Shown here in pieces: positions 1 to 8,463 of a DNA stretch of 64,000 nt. Numbering within the stretch: position 1 is the first letter of the stretch; every line of letters starts with the position of its first letter. The stretch comes from Acidimicrobiales bacterium. GTDB taxonomy: Bacteria; Actinomycetota; Acidimicrobiia; Acidimicrobiales; VFJN01. The stretch covers positions 1,270 to 65,269 of the forward strand of contig DASQUK010000048.1 of the NCBI GenBank assembly GCA_035641315.1, written 5' to 3'. The translations under genes were made by a program, and so were the position numbers. Under the pieces are notes generated by a model. The model was not told where the DNA came from and made no database searches. It saw only the letters and a program-made list of their open reading frames with translations.

Positions 1-1
1 T

Positions 2-190
2 CGAGGAGCTCAGCGACGAGCCGCGCGACCAGCCGGGGCCGGCATGGCCCTGTGGGCCGTGATGCACGGCGTGGCAGCGTTGTTCCTCAGCGGCGTTCTT
101 CCGGTCCAACTGAGCGACGACCCCGACCAGGTCGCTCGGGCCGCCGCCAGCTACGTGCTCCAGCGGCCCACCCTCTACGAGATGCCCTGA
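2..190 (+). CDS. TetR-family regulator, C-terminal fragment at window edge (possible frame break near 40-45)
   Basis: Frame 2 reads MALWAVMHGVAALFLSGVLPVQLSDDPDQVARAAASYVLQRPTLYEMP*, resembling a TetR ligand-domain C-terminus. Upstream of about nt 45 the high-GC3 frame switches to frame 3 (EELSDEPRDQPGP...), so the fragment may be frameshifted. Stop TGA at 188-190. Confidence 0.35.
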   Translation, partial: RGAQRRAARPAGAGMALWAVMHGVAALFLSGVLPVQLSDDPDQVARAAASYVLQRPTLYEMP

Positions 191-399
191 CCGTGCCCGC
201 CGAGCGACCGGCCGACGGTGGTCAGGCCAGGCGGACCGGTGCCCCGCCGCAGCAGCCAGGGCACGATCCGATCGTGGAACGGCCGGATCAGCCCGAATAG
301 CGGCGACCGGTCGCGTCGTGGAATGTGCCGTCCGGCAGGGTGACCGATGCGGAGTCCCGGTGGTCGACGCGTCCGAGCGTCGGCGGTGGCGTGGGCATC

Positions 400-1830
400 T
401 CAGGTCGTGGTCTCGGACCGGTCCTCGGACCAGAGGGTGTGGAAGGTGCCGCTGCGGTCGACGCGCTGGTAGGTGTGCGCCCCGAAGTAGTCGCGCAGGC
501 CCTGGACGAGGGCCGCCGGCAGGCGGTCGCGGCGCAGTGCGTCGTAGTAGGCGAGCGCCGACGAGAACCCCGGTGTGGGCACACCGAGGGCCGCGGCCGT
601 GGCCACGACCTTGCGCCAGGCGTCCTGAGCGTCGGCCAGGGCCTCGGTGAAGGAGGGATCGACCAGCAACGTGGGCAGGTGCCGGTCGGCGTCGTACGCG
701 GCCCGGATCCGGTCGAGGAACCGAGCGCGGATGATGCAGCCGCCCCGCCAGATGGTTGCCATGGCACCCAGGTCGATGTCCCAGCCGTACTGGTCGCTGC
801 CGGCGGCGATCTGGTCGAAGCCTTGGGCGTAGGCGACGATCTTCGAGGCGTAGAGCGCGCGGCGTACGTCCTCGACGAACCGGTCGTCCTCAGCGGCGGC
901 CACGCCTGCGGCGGACGGGCCGGGCAGCGACGCGGCTGCGCGGCGCTGTGTGGCCCCGGCCGACAGCGATCTGGCGAACACGGCCTCCGCGATGCCGGTG
1001 ACCGGCACCCCCAGCTCCAGCGCAGACTGCACGCCCCAGCGTCCGGTGCCCTTTTGCTCGGCCCGGTCGAGCACGACATCGACGAACGGCCGTCCCGTTG
1101 CGCCGTCGACGTGCTCGAGCACTTCGGCCGTGATCCCGATGAGATAGGACTCGAGCTCGCTGGTGTTCCAGTCGCGGAACACCGCCGCGAGCTCTCCCGG
1201 TGCGGCGCCGAGCGCTTGGCGAAGCAGGTCGTAGCTCTCGGCGATGAGCTGCATGTCGGCGTACTCGATGCCGTTGTGCACCATCTTGACGAAGTGGCCG
1301 GCGCCGTCGGGGCCGACATGGGTGCAACACGGCGTGCTGTCCACCTGGGCGGCGATGGTCTCGAGCAGCGGGCCCACCGCGTCGTAGGCCTCGTCGGAGC
1401 CGCCGGGCATGATGCTCGGCCCCTCCAACGCCCCGACCTCGCCGCCCGAGATGCCGGTCCCGACGAAGTGGATGCCCCGTTCGCGCAGCGCCGCCTCCCG
1501 GCGGCGGGTGTCGTCGAAGTGGGCATTGCCGCCGTCGAGGATCATGTCATCGGGCTCGAGCCGTGCCGCCAGTTCTTCGACGACCGCGTCGGTCGCCGGC
1601 CCGGCTTGGACCATGACCACGACCCGGCGGGGAGGCTCCAGCGCGGCGACGAAGTCCGCGGTCGTCGACGACGGGACGAAGCTGCCCTCGTCCCCGTGCT
1701 CGGCCACCAGCGCGTCGGTGCGGGCCTGGGTCCGGTTGTGCAGAGCCACCGTGTAACCGTGACGGGCGAAGTTGCGTGCCAGGTTCCTGCCCATGACAGC
1801 CAGCCCGGTCACGCCGATGTCGGCCTTCAT
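400..1830 (-). CDS. gnd: 6-phosphogluconate dehydrogenase (decarboxylating)
   Basis: ORF 400..1851(-). N-terminal Rossmann motif IGVTGLAVMGRNLARN. Full-length family pattern includes GGNAHF, GTGISGGEVGA and HFVKMVHNGIEYADMQLI. Start placed at ATG 1830 (MKADIG) rather than the upstream GTG. Confidence 0.93.
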   Translation of the reverse strand: MKADIGVTGLAVMGRNLARNFARHGYTVALHNRTQARTDALVAEHGDEGSFVPSSTTADFVAALEPPRRVVVMVQAGPATDAVVEELAARLEPDDMILDGGNAHFDDTRRREAALRERGIHFVGTGISGGEVGALEGPSIMPGGSDEAYDAVGPLLETIAAQVDSTPCCTHVGPDGAGHFVKMVHNGIEYADMQLIAESYDLLRQALGAAPGELAAVFRDWNTSELESYLIGITAEVLEHVDGATGRPFVDVVLDRAEQKGTGRWGVQSALELGVPVTGIAEAVFARSLSAGATQRRAAASLPGPSAAGVAAAEDDRFVEDVRRALYASKIVAYAQGFDQIAAGSDQYGWDIDLGAMATIWRGGCIIRARFLDRIRAAYDADRHLPTLLVDPSFTEALADAQDAWRKVVATAAALGVPTPGFSSALAYYDALRRDRLPAALVQGLRDYFGAHTYQRVDRSGTFHTLWSEDRSETTT

Positions 1831-2351
1831 GTTCGTGGACCGTATCCCCACGCCTCGGCGGTCACCTCACGCGATCGCGTGGCGCCGGCTCCGTCGGTGC
1901 CTGGTGGGTGGCGTCGACGAGACGGGCGCTCAGGCGGCGGAGCCGGTCGCGTGCGTGCCCGTCGTAGGCCTGGCGGTGCGCGGTCGCCGGGACCCGGCCG
2001 ACAAAGTAGTGGCCGGTCACGCGCTCGCGACGTTGCGGTCCGGGATCCGGGACCCGATCGCACCAGGAGCGGCGCGAGCTGCCGGATGAGACGTACGGCC
2101 GCCGGACTGCCCGGCCCCATCGCACAGGTCGACCGGCTCGCGACTCAGCTCTTCAAGCGCGGCATGAGAAAGAACCTCAACGAGCTCAAGCGGATCATCG
2201 AGGCCTCGTAGACACTGCGACGCCCCCGGTGCTGGACCTGTCCGGCGTGCACCCCCTCCGTGCCCTGACGAGCCACGCGCTCTCGTCGCCCGCCAAGAGC
2301 TGATCCCCGGTGGGATCCGACCGCCGCTGGTGCGAGATTTCGAACGTGTCC

Positions 2352-3092
2352 CTATCCGGCGGTCGAGAACGTGCCTTCGTGGATGGTCTGGTTGGCATTG
2401 TCCGCGACAGCAAGCACCTCGAACTTGTAGTCGGTGCCGGGCTGCAGGAACTCGGCGGGGACGGTCACGCTCGTGTCGCTGGCGGGCAGATCGACGCTGA
2501 AGACCCGCAGCGGCTCGGGCAACTCGACGATGACCTGGTAGCCGGCGATGTCGATACCCGCTGGTTGGGTCACCGGTTCCCACGCGACGACGGTGCTGTT
2601 CGGGTCGACGACCGCACCCTCGGTCGGGGACACCACATGGGGTTCGCCGGGGATGTCGTGGGAAAGCGTGGCCGAGCCCACCAGCTTCTGTCCCTCGACC
2701 GTTGTGCCGGCGAAGCGGTACTTCCCCTCGGGGAACATGGCTTGCAGCTGGTCGAGCGGAAGGTCCGCGAGCGACGGTTCAGCGCTCTCGAAGAACAGCT
2801 CGGTGACGCCTATGTCGCCCACGCTCCCGTCCGCTTGGATCTCCAGGAGCAGCTCGCCGTCCGGGCTGAACACCTGCACGTTGTCCCAGCCCTCCGCGTC
2901 GAGGAGGGCCTGGATGCCTGCGTCCTGCGCGGTCGCGTTCAGCTCGAACAGAATCTTGGCCTGGGAAAGCCGGGGCGTCTGGGCGGCAGTTTGTTGGTGG
3001 GCCGAGGCAACAGACGCCGCTGCCGTCGAGGCGAGTACGGCCGCCACAGCGGCGATCGCTGCCCTCTTTGAGACGTGATGTCGCAGACTCAT
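2352..3092 (-). CDS. secreted hypothetical protein (two beta-sandwich-like halves, second FN3-like)
   Basis: Start at ATG 3092 (MSLRHHVSKR) inside ORF 2352..3389, preceded by SD GAGGGGGA. Signal-peptide-like AAIAAVAAVLASTAAASVASA. High GC3. No enzyme motif recognised. Confidence 0.7.
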   Translation of the reverse strand: MSLRHHVSKRAAIAAVAAVLASTAAASVASAHQQTAAQTPRLSQAKILFELNATAQDAGIQALLDAEGWDNVQVFSPDGELLLEIQADGSVGDIGVTELFFESAEPSLADLPLDQLQAMFPEGKYRFAGTTVEGQKLVGSATLSHDIPGEPHVVSPTEGAVVDPNSTVVAWEPVTQPAGIDIAGYQVIVELPEPLRVFSVDLPASDTSVTVPAEFLQPGTDYKFEVLAVADNANQTIHEGTFSTAG

Positions 3093-3444
3093 GTCGCGTT
3101 CCCCCTCTCGAGACGACAAGGAGTATCTGCCGCAACCCCTGAACCCCCACTGAACGGCCACCCCGGCCCCATCGCTGGCCGTCGGCGTGGGGCGTCCCTC
3201 ACCGGTCCCGGTCCGCGGCGTCGCGATGCGAGCGAGACGAGGACCCGGACCTCGTGGGGCCGTGAGAGGTGTTCGGCGCCTCGGCCGCGCTGCCCCCGGC
3301 CGGCCGCCGTTGACACGGTGGTCAGCGTCGCCGAGCGCACCGACCCTGTCCGCCTGCGCCAAGGGCCTGCGGGTCCGGCCCGACCACACGCTCGCCGACC
3401 ACCCGCCGCTCGACGTCGTGCTCGTCCCCGCGCCCGGCCGGCCT

Positions 3445-4020
3445 TCACCGCCTCCCGTAGCGCATGTGGACGACCCCGTTGCCGAACCGCCGCTCGTCGA
3501 GCAGCTCCAGGTCCAACCGGACGCCCCGGGGCAGGCCCGGCTTGCCGCCGCCGACGACGACCGGGAACAGGAACAGGTGGATCTCGTCCACCAGCCCGGC
3601 CCGGAACGCGTGCTGGGCCAGGTCCGGCCCGCTGACGGTGAGGTCGCGGTCGGCGGCGTCCTTCATGCGGAGGACGGCCTCGGGGTCGAAGTCCCGCTCC
3701 AGCCGGGTGCGGGGCGTCGACACGGCGTCGAGCGTCCGGGAGTAGACGACCTTGTCGGCCGCCCGCCACACCTTGGCGAAGTCGACCTCCTCGGGCGGCG
3801 GGCCGGGCTCGGAAGGCGTGCTGGGCTCGAGGCCGATCGTCTGCCAGACGGCCATCATCTCGTACATGCGCCGGCCGTAGAGGTAGGTGCCGACCGGCCG
3901 CTCGAGGTCGTTGACGAACGCGTGGACCTCGGGATCGGGAACCGCCCAGCCGAACCCGCCGCCCTCGTCCTCGATGTAGCCGTCGAGGGACGTGATCGCC
4001 GTGTAGGTGAGCTTGGCCAT
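3445..4020 (-). CDS. dihydrofolate reductase family protein (RibD C-terminal domain-like)
   Basis: The last 191 aa of ORF 3445..4980 form a coherent protein: MAKLTYTAITSLDGYIEDEGGGFGW ... DEIHLFLFPVVVGGGKP. This is typical of the RibD_C/YyaP-like family. ATG at 4018-4020. Confidence 0.8.
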   Translation of the reverse strand: MAKLTYTAITSLDGYIEDEGGGFGWAVPDPEVHAFVNDLERPVGTYLYGRRMYEMMAVWQTIGLEPSTPSEPGPPPEEVDFAKVWRAADKVVYSRTLDAVSTPRTRLERDFDPEAVLRMKDAADRDLTVSGPDLAQHAFRAGLVDEIHLFLFPVVVGGGKPGLPRGVRLDLELLDERRFGNGVVHMRYGRR

Positions 4021-4079
4021 GGTGCCTCCGTGCCAGGGGTCGGGACCCCTGTTGTGACGGCGGTGCGGCGGGAAAGTGT

Positions 4080-5234
4080 TCACCCTCGGTCGGGAGGGGG
4101 CGCCGGCGCCGTCGCCGGCAGTCCGAACGCCGGGAACAGCGCCGGCTCGTGGAAGGCGACGATCTCGGCGATGCGCCCGCCCTCGATCCGCAGGACCCCG
4201 ATGGCGAACGCCCGGTGGGCGTCGTCGCCGGGGCCCCGCAGGTAGGTCGCCACCGCCGGCTGCCCGTTCGCCCGGGTGGCCAGCATCCGGAACCGGCCGA
4301 CGTAGTCCGGCGACCGGGGGTCCCAGCTCTCGGTCAGCGCCGCCATCACGGCCGGGCGGCCGGCGAGCCACAGGGTCCACGGAGGCATGGCGGTCCGGAC
4401 GTCCTCGGCGAGCAAGTCGGCGACGGCGGCCAGGTCCGCCCGCTCGACCGCCGCCATGTACCGGCCCACCACAGCCCGCTCCTCGGCGGTCGGCTCGGTG
4501 GTCGGCGCCCAGTCCGCCCGCCGCTCGGGGAGCCGCTCCCGCAGCGTGGACCGGGCCCGGTGCAGGGCGCTGGCCACCGACGCCTCGGACACGCCCAGGT
4601 GCTCGGCGGTCTGCCGGGCCGGCCAGCCGAGCACGTCCCGCAGGACGAGGACCGCCCGGCGCCGGGGCGGCAGGTGCTGCAGGGCGGCGATGAACGCCAG
4701 CTCGATCGTCTCCCGGCGCACGGCGACGGCGTCGGGCTCCTCGTCCCTGTCGGCGGCCGGCTCCCACAGGCGGTCGGGGAGAGGCTGCAGCCACGGGATG
4801 TCGGTCCGGGCGACCATCTCGGCGGGGCCGGACCCGGGGTCGGTGGTGGCCGGCTCCAGGTCCTGCGGCAGCACGCGCCGGGCCCGCCCGTCGAGCGCGT
4901 CCAGGCAGGCGTTGGTGGCGATGCGGTACAGCCAGGCCCGCAGCGTGGATCGGCCCTCGAAGCCGCCGATGTGCCGCCACGCCCGGAGGAACGTCTCCTG
5001 GGTCAGGTCCTCGGCCTCCTCGACCGAGCCGACCATGCGGTAGCAGTGGACCCGCAGCTCGCGGCGGTGGCGCTCGACCAGCCGGGCGAACGCCGCCTCG
5101 TCGCCCGCCCGGGCGCCGGCGACCACGGCGTCGTCACGGTCTCGGGGCGCGGTGGGCACGCCGGGAACGCTACGCGGCGACGGGCCGATCCTCGGCCGGG
5201 GCGCGGTCCGGGCGTCGTCGGCTTCCTCCACCAT
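4080..5234 (-). CDS. ECF-type sigma-70 factor with fused C-terminal SnoaL/NTF2-like domain
   Basis: Region 2 (LVERHRRELRVHCYRMVGSVEEAEDLTQETFLRAW) and region 4 (PPRRRAVLVLRDVLGWPARQTAEHLGVSEASVASALHRAR) are followed by about 140 aa of SnoaL-like extension (YMAAVERADLAAVADLLAEDV...). Start is uncertain: ATG 5234 or GTG 5159. The frame stays open upstream to 5519. Confidence 0.85.
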   Translation of the reverse strand: MVEEADDARTAPRPRIGPSPRSVPGVPTAPRDRDDAVVAGARAGDEAAFARLVERHRRELRVHCYRMVGSVEEAEDLTQETFLRAWRHIGGFEGRSTLRAWLYRIATNACLDALDGRARRVLPQDLEPATTDPGSGPAEMVARTDIPWLQPLPDRLWEPAADRDEEPDAVAVRRETIELAFIAALQHLPPRRRAVLVLRDVLGWPARQTAEHLGVSEASVASALHRARSTLRERLPERRADWAPTTEPTAEERAVVGRYMAAVERADLAAVADLLAEDVRTAMPPWTLWLAGRPAVMAALTESWDPRSPDYVGRFRMLATRANGQPAVATYLRGPGDDAHRAFAIGVLRIEGGRIAEIVAFHEPALFPAFGLPATAPAPPPDRG

Positions 5235-5279
5235 TGTCGGCGAGAAGCTGATATCCCGAAATGGAGAACGGCATGCGCC

Positions 5280-5519
5280 GCCGCGGCGGCACCGCTCGCA
5301 GTCCATGCACCCGTAGAGCGCTTCGACCACGACGGGCGTTCCGTCCTCGCGGAGCCCGGCCAGCTCGTGACCGAGGATCTTGTCGAAGCCCCAGGCGATG
5401 TAGCTGAGGTCCGAGGCGCACACGCTCGTCGCCTTCATGTCGACGAGCTCCCCGCTGCCGGGGGGTTCCTCGACGTCGACGACGGTGACGCCACCGTCGC
5501 CGGCACGGACCGCCTTCAC
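5280..5519 (-). pseudogene. N-terminal remnant of a zinc-dependent (MDR) alcohol dehydrogenase, in frame with the sigma factor downstream
   Basis: GTG 5519 has SD GGAGGG 7 nt upstream. It reads VKAVRAGDGGVTVVDVEEPPGSGELVDMKATSVCASDLSYIAWGFDKILGHELAGLREDGTPVVVEALYGCMDCERCRRGG, which is the GroES-like domain with the GHE and structural-zinc Cys motifs. The homology then stops, and no stop codon occurs before the sigma factor. Confidence 0.6.
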
Positions 5520-5642
5520 GCTCTGCCCTCCGTCATCGGTTCCCCCTCCTGGACCGCCTGCAAAGCGAGGCCAACAGTCGTGAGAACCATGCTCGCGTCC
5601 ATCGCATACGATGCTCTCGCCGGACGGCCAGAGGGAGACGAG

Positions 5643-6101
5643 ATGAGGCAACAGCGGCGCGGTCGGGCGATCGCCATGACCGCGGACGAGATCGACGCCT
5701 ATCTCCGCGCGGCGCGCACCTGTCGTGTGGCCACCGTGGGCGCCGAAGGAGCGCCGCACATCTCGGCACTGTGGTTCGTCTGGGACGGGACGACCCTGTG
5801 GCTCAACTCGCTCGTCAAGAGCCAGCGGTGGACCAACGCGGTCCGCGACCCCCGGGTCAGCGTGCTCGTCGACGGTGGAATCGAGTTCATGGAGCTGCAC
5901 GGCGTCGAGGTCATCGGTCGCGCCGAGGTCGTCGGTGAGGTGCCGCGCACCGACGGCCCGGACAAGGTGCTGGCCGAGCCCGAGCGCCTCTTCGGTGAGA
6001 AGTACGTCGGTGGCCGGTTCGTCTCCGACGGACGCCACGCCTGGCTGCGGGTGGTGCCCGACAAGATCGTGAGTTGGGACTTCCGCAAGCTCGGCCGGTA
6101 G
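5643..6101 (+). CDS. pyridoxamine 5'-phosphate oxidase family protein (PPOX-class, probably F420-dependent)
   Basis: C-terminal 152 aa of ORF 4149..6101: CRVATVGAEGAPHISALWFVWDGTTLWLNS...AWLRVVPDKIVSWDF. SD GGGAG lies upstream of ATG 5643. Alternative start at ATG 5676. Confidence 0.8.
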   Translation: MRQQRRGRAIAMTADEIDAYLRAARTCRVATVGAEGAPHISALWFVWDGTTLWLNSLVKSQRWTNAVRDPRVSVLVDGGIEFMELHGVEVIGRAEVVGEVPRTDGPDKVLAEPERLFGEKYVGGRFVSDGRHAWLRVVPDKIVSWDFRKLGR

Positions 6102-6187
6102 GCGGCGCATCGCGAGGCCCTGGCCAGACCCGACTCACCTGTTAGTCTGGGAGCGGTCGGGCCGACGTCGACGGCGAAGGGGACGAC

Positions 6188-7489
6188 ATGATGCAGAGGG
6201 ACGACATGGTGCTGGTGAGCGTCGACGACCACGTCGTCGAACCGCCCCACCTGTTCGAGGGCCGCCTCCCCGCGAAGTACGCCGACCTCGCGCCCCAGTT
6301 CGTGACCCGCGAGGACGGCACTAACGCCTGGCGGTACGAGGGCAACGAGATCGCCAACGTGGCGCTCAACGCCGTGGCGGGCCGCCCGAAGGAGGAGTAC
6401 GGCGTGGAGCCGACCTCCTTCGCCGAGCTGCGGGCCGGTTGCTACGACGTCGACGAGCGGGTCAAGGACATGGACGCCAACGGGGTCCTGGGCTCGCTGT
6501 GCTTCCCGTCGTTCCCGCAGTTCTGCGGCCAGCTCTTCGCCCGCACCGAGGACAAGGACGTGGCCCTGGCCATGGTCCGGGCGTACAACGACTGGCACAT
6601 CGACGAGTGGTGCGGCACGCACCCGGGCCGGTTCATCCCCTGCCCGCTGCCCGCGATCTGGGACCCCGAGGTGCTGGCCGCCGAGGTCCGGAGGTGCGCT
6701 GCCAAGGGCGCGCACGCGGTCACGTTCTCGGAGAACCCATCGAAGCTCGGCTGGCCGAGCGTCCATTCCGACTATTGGGACCCGTTCTGGACGGCGTGCT
6801 CGGACGAGCAGGTGGTCGTGTGCATGCACATCGGCTCGTCGTCGGCGATCACCATCACCTCGCCCGACGCGCCCATCGACTGCATGATCACGCTGCCGCC
6901 AATCAACATCGTGCAGGCGGCGACCGACCTCGTGTGGTCGCCGGTGCTGCGCAAGTTCCCCCACCTGACCTTCGCGCTGTCCGAGGGCGGGATCGGGTGG
7001 ATCCCGTACTTCATGGAGCGGATCGACTACCAGTACCGCCAGCACCACCTCTGGACGGGCCAGGACTTCGGCGACCGCCTACCGTCCGAGGTGTTCCGCG
7101 AGCGGGTGCTGACCTGCTTCATCGACGACCGCTTCGGCGTCACCAACCGGCGCTTCCTCAAGATGGACAACGTGATGTGGGAGTGCGACTACCCGCATTC
7201 CGACTCGACGTGGCCGTTCGCGCCCGAGCAGATCTGGGAGCACTTCGAGGGCACCGACATCACCGACGACGAGATCGACCGCATCACCCACCGCAACGCG
7301 ATGCGCCACTTCAGCTACGACCCGTTCTCGGTGCTCGGCGGCCGGGACAACTGCAGCGTCCGGGCGCTGCGCGCCCAAGCCGCCGGTCACGACGTCTCGA
7401 TCCGCTCGACGAACCCCGAAAGGGTCGGCGCCCACGCCACCAAGGCCGCCGCCTTCAGCGCCCACCTGGAACGCGTCACGCCGCGCTGA
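6188..7489 (+). CDS. amidohydrolase family protein (amidohydrolase_2/ACMSD-like superfamily)
   Basis: 433-aa ORF with LVSVDDHVVEPPHLF, NGVLGSLCFPSFP, WECDYPHSDSTWP. Paralogue of 40642..41964. SD GAAGGGGA upstream. Confidence 0.88.
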   Translation: MMQRDDMVLVSVDDHVVEPPHLFEGRLPAKYADLAPQFVTREDGTNAWRYEGNEIANVALNAVAGRPKEEYGVEPTSFAELRAGCYDVDERVKDMDANGVLGSLCFPSFPQFCGQLFARTEDKDVALAMVRAYNDWHIDEWCGTHPGRFIPCPLPAIWDPEVLAAEVRRCAAKGAHAVTFSENPSKLGWPSVHSDYWDPFWTACSDEQVVVCMHIGSSSAITITSPDAPIDCMITLPPINIVQAATDLVWSPVLRKFPHLTFALSEGGIGWIPYFMERIDYQYRQHHLWTGQDFGDRLPSEVFRERVLTCFIDDRFGVTNRRFLKMDNVMWECDYPHSDSTWPFAPEQIWEHFEGTDITDDEIDRITHRNAMRHFSYDPFSVLGGRDNCSVRALRAQAAGHDVSIRSTNPERVGAHATKAAAFSAHLERVTPR

Positions 7490-8312
7490 CGGCCGGCCCG
7501 CGCAGGGCGGCGCAGACACCGCCGTCGACGAGGACGTCGATGCCGGTGAGGAAGCTGGCCTCGTCGGACAGCAGGAAGGCGACCACGGCGGCGAGCTCCT
7601 CGGGCCGGCCCTCGCGGCCGAGCGGCGTCCGCTCCACCAGCACCTGCATGAACGGGTGGCTCTCCGCCTCCTGGCGGCCCTGCGGCGTGTCGATGATGCC
7701 GGGCGACACCGAGCAGATGCGGGCCCCGACCGGCCCGACCCGCACCGCTTCCTGCTGCACGAGCCGGTGGACGCCCCGCTTGGCCCACGCGTAGGCCACG
7801 CCGGTGTCCTCGACGGCCGGTCCGAGGGCGTCGTGGACCCGGTCGAGGAGCCCCTCGTCGAGCGGCGCGTCGAGGGCGGCGTCGGCCGCGGGGTTGGGCT
7901 CGGCGATCCCGAGGAGCGGGGCCATCGACGCGAAGCACACCGTCGCCGTGCCGGCCGTGGCGAGCGGCCGGAGCGCCTCGGCCAGCAGCGCCGTCCCCAC
8001 GAGGTCGACGCCGAAGATCCGCCGCCAGTCCGCCATGGTCGGCGAGATGCCGGCGGCGTGGGCGACGGCACGGAGGGTGCCGAGCTCGGCGACCCGGGCG
8101 GCGAGCCGGCCGAGGCCGTCACGGTCGGTGACGTCCAGGACGAACGGCTCCACGAGACCGGCGCGCCCCGAGCCCGACAGGTCGTGAGCCGCCGCGGTCA
8201 CTGACGCTTCGTCGAGGTCGACCAGCACCAGCGCGTCCACCATGTCGGCGAGCCGCTGCGCGCACGCCAGTCCCATCCCGCGGCCGGCACCGGTCGCGAC
8301 GCCGACGGTCAT
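7476..8312 (-). CDS. SDR family oxidoreductase
   Basis: Start at ATG 8312 (MTVGVATGAGRGMG glycine-rich NAD(P) motif) within ORF 7476..8405. YAWAKRG catalytic Y-x3-K region. Its 3' end overlaps the convergent gene by 14 nt. Confidence 0.85.
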   Translation of the reverse strand: MTVGVATGAGRGMGLACAQRLADMVDALVLVDLDEASVTAAAHDLSGSGRAGLVEPFVLDVTDRDGLGRLAARVAELGTLRAVAHAAGISPTMADWRRIFGVDLVGTALLAEALRPLATAGTATVCFASMAPLLGIAEPNPAADAALDAPLDEGLLDRVHDALGPAVEDTGVAYAWAKRGVHRLVQQEAVRVGPVGARICSVSPGIIDTPQGRQEAESHPFMQVLVERTPLGREGRPEELAAVVAFLLSDEASFLTGIDVLVDGGVCAALRGPAVSAA

Positions 8313-8463
8313 GAGCGCAGCTCGTGACCGGTCGACCGTGCGATCGACCCAACTAGAGCCCGCTCGCCTTGTCGCCGCGAGACGGGCGGGTAGTTGGGTC
8401 GACAAGCCAGGGAGCCGGGCGACGATGGGGCCCGGGGGCGCAGCCCCCGAGGAGTAGCTGTCC

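Noticed and set aside
1862-2125. 87-aa minus-strand ORF just upstream of gnd, with fairly high GC3.
   Set aside because: It is very Arg-rich, with no recognisable motif and no SD, and I could not tie it to any family. It may be a remnant or a shadow frame, and the support is not enough to call it.
2086-2211. Plus-strand tail ...PIAQVDRLATQLFKRGMRKNLNELKRIIEAS* with high GC3, vaguely like the C-terminal helix of SRPBCC/cyclase-type proteins.
   Set aside because: Only about 40 codons look coding, and there is no credible N-terminal region upstream. The family assignment is a guess from a short amphipathic helix. It is likely another remnant, but unsupported.
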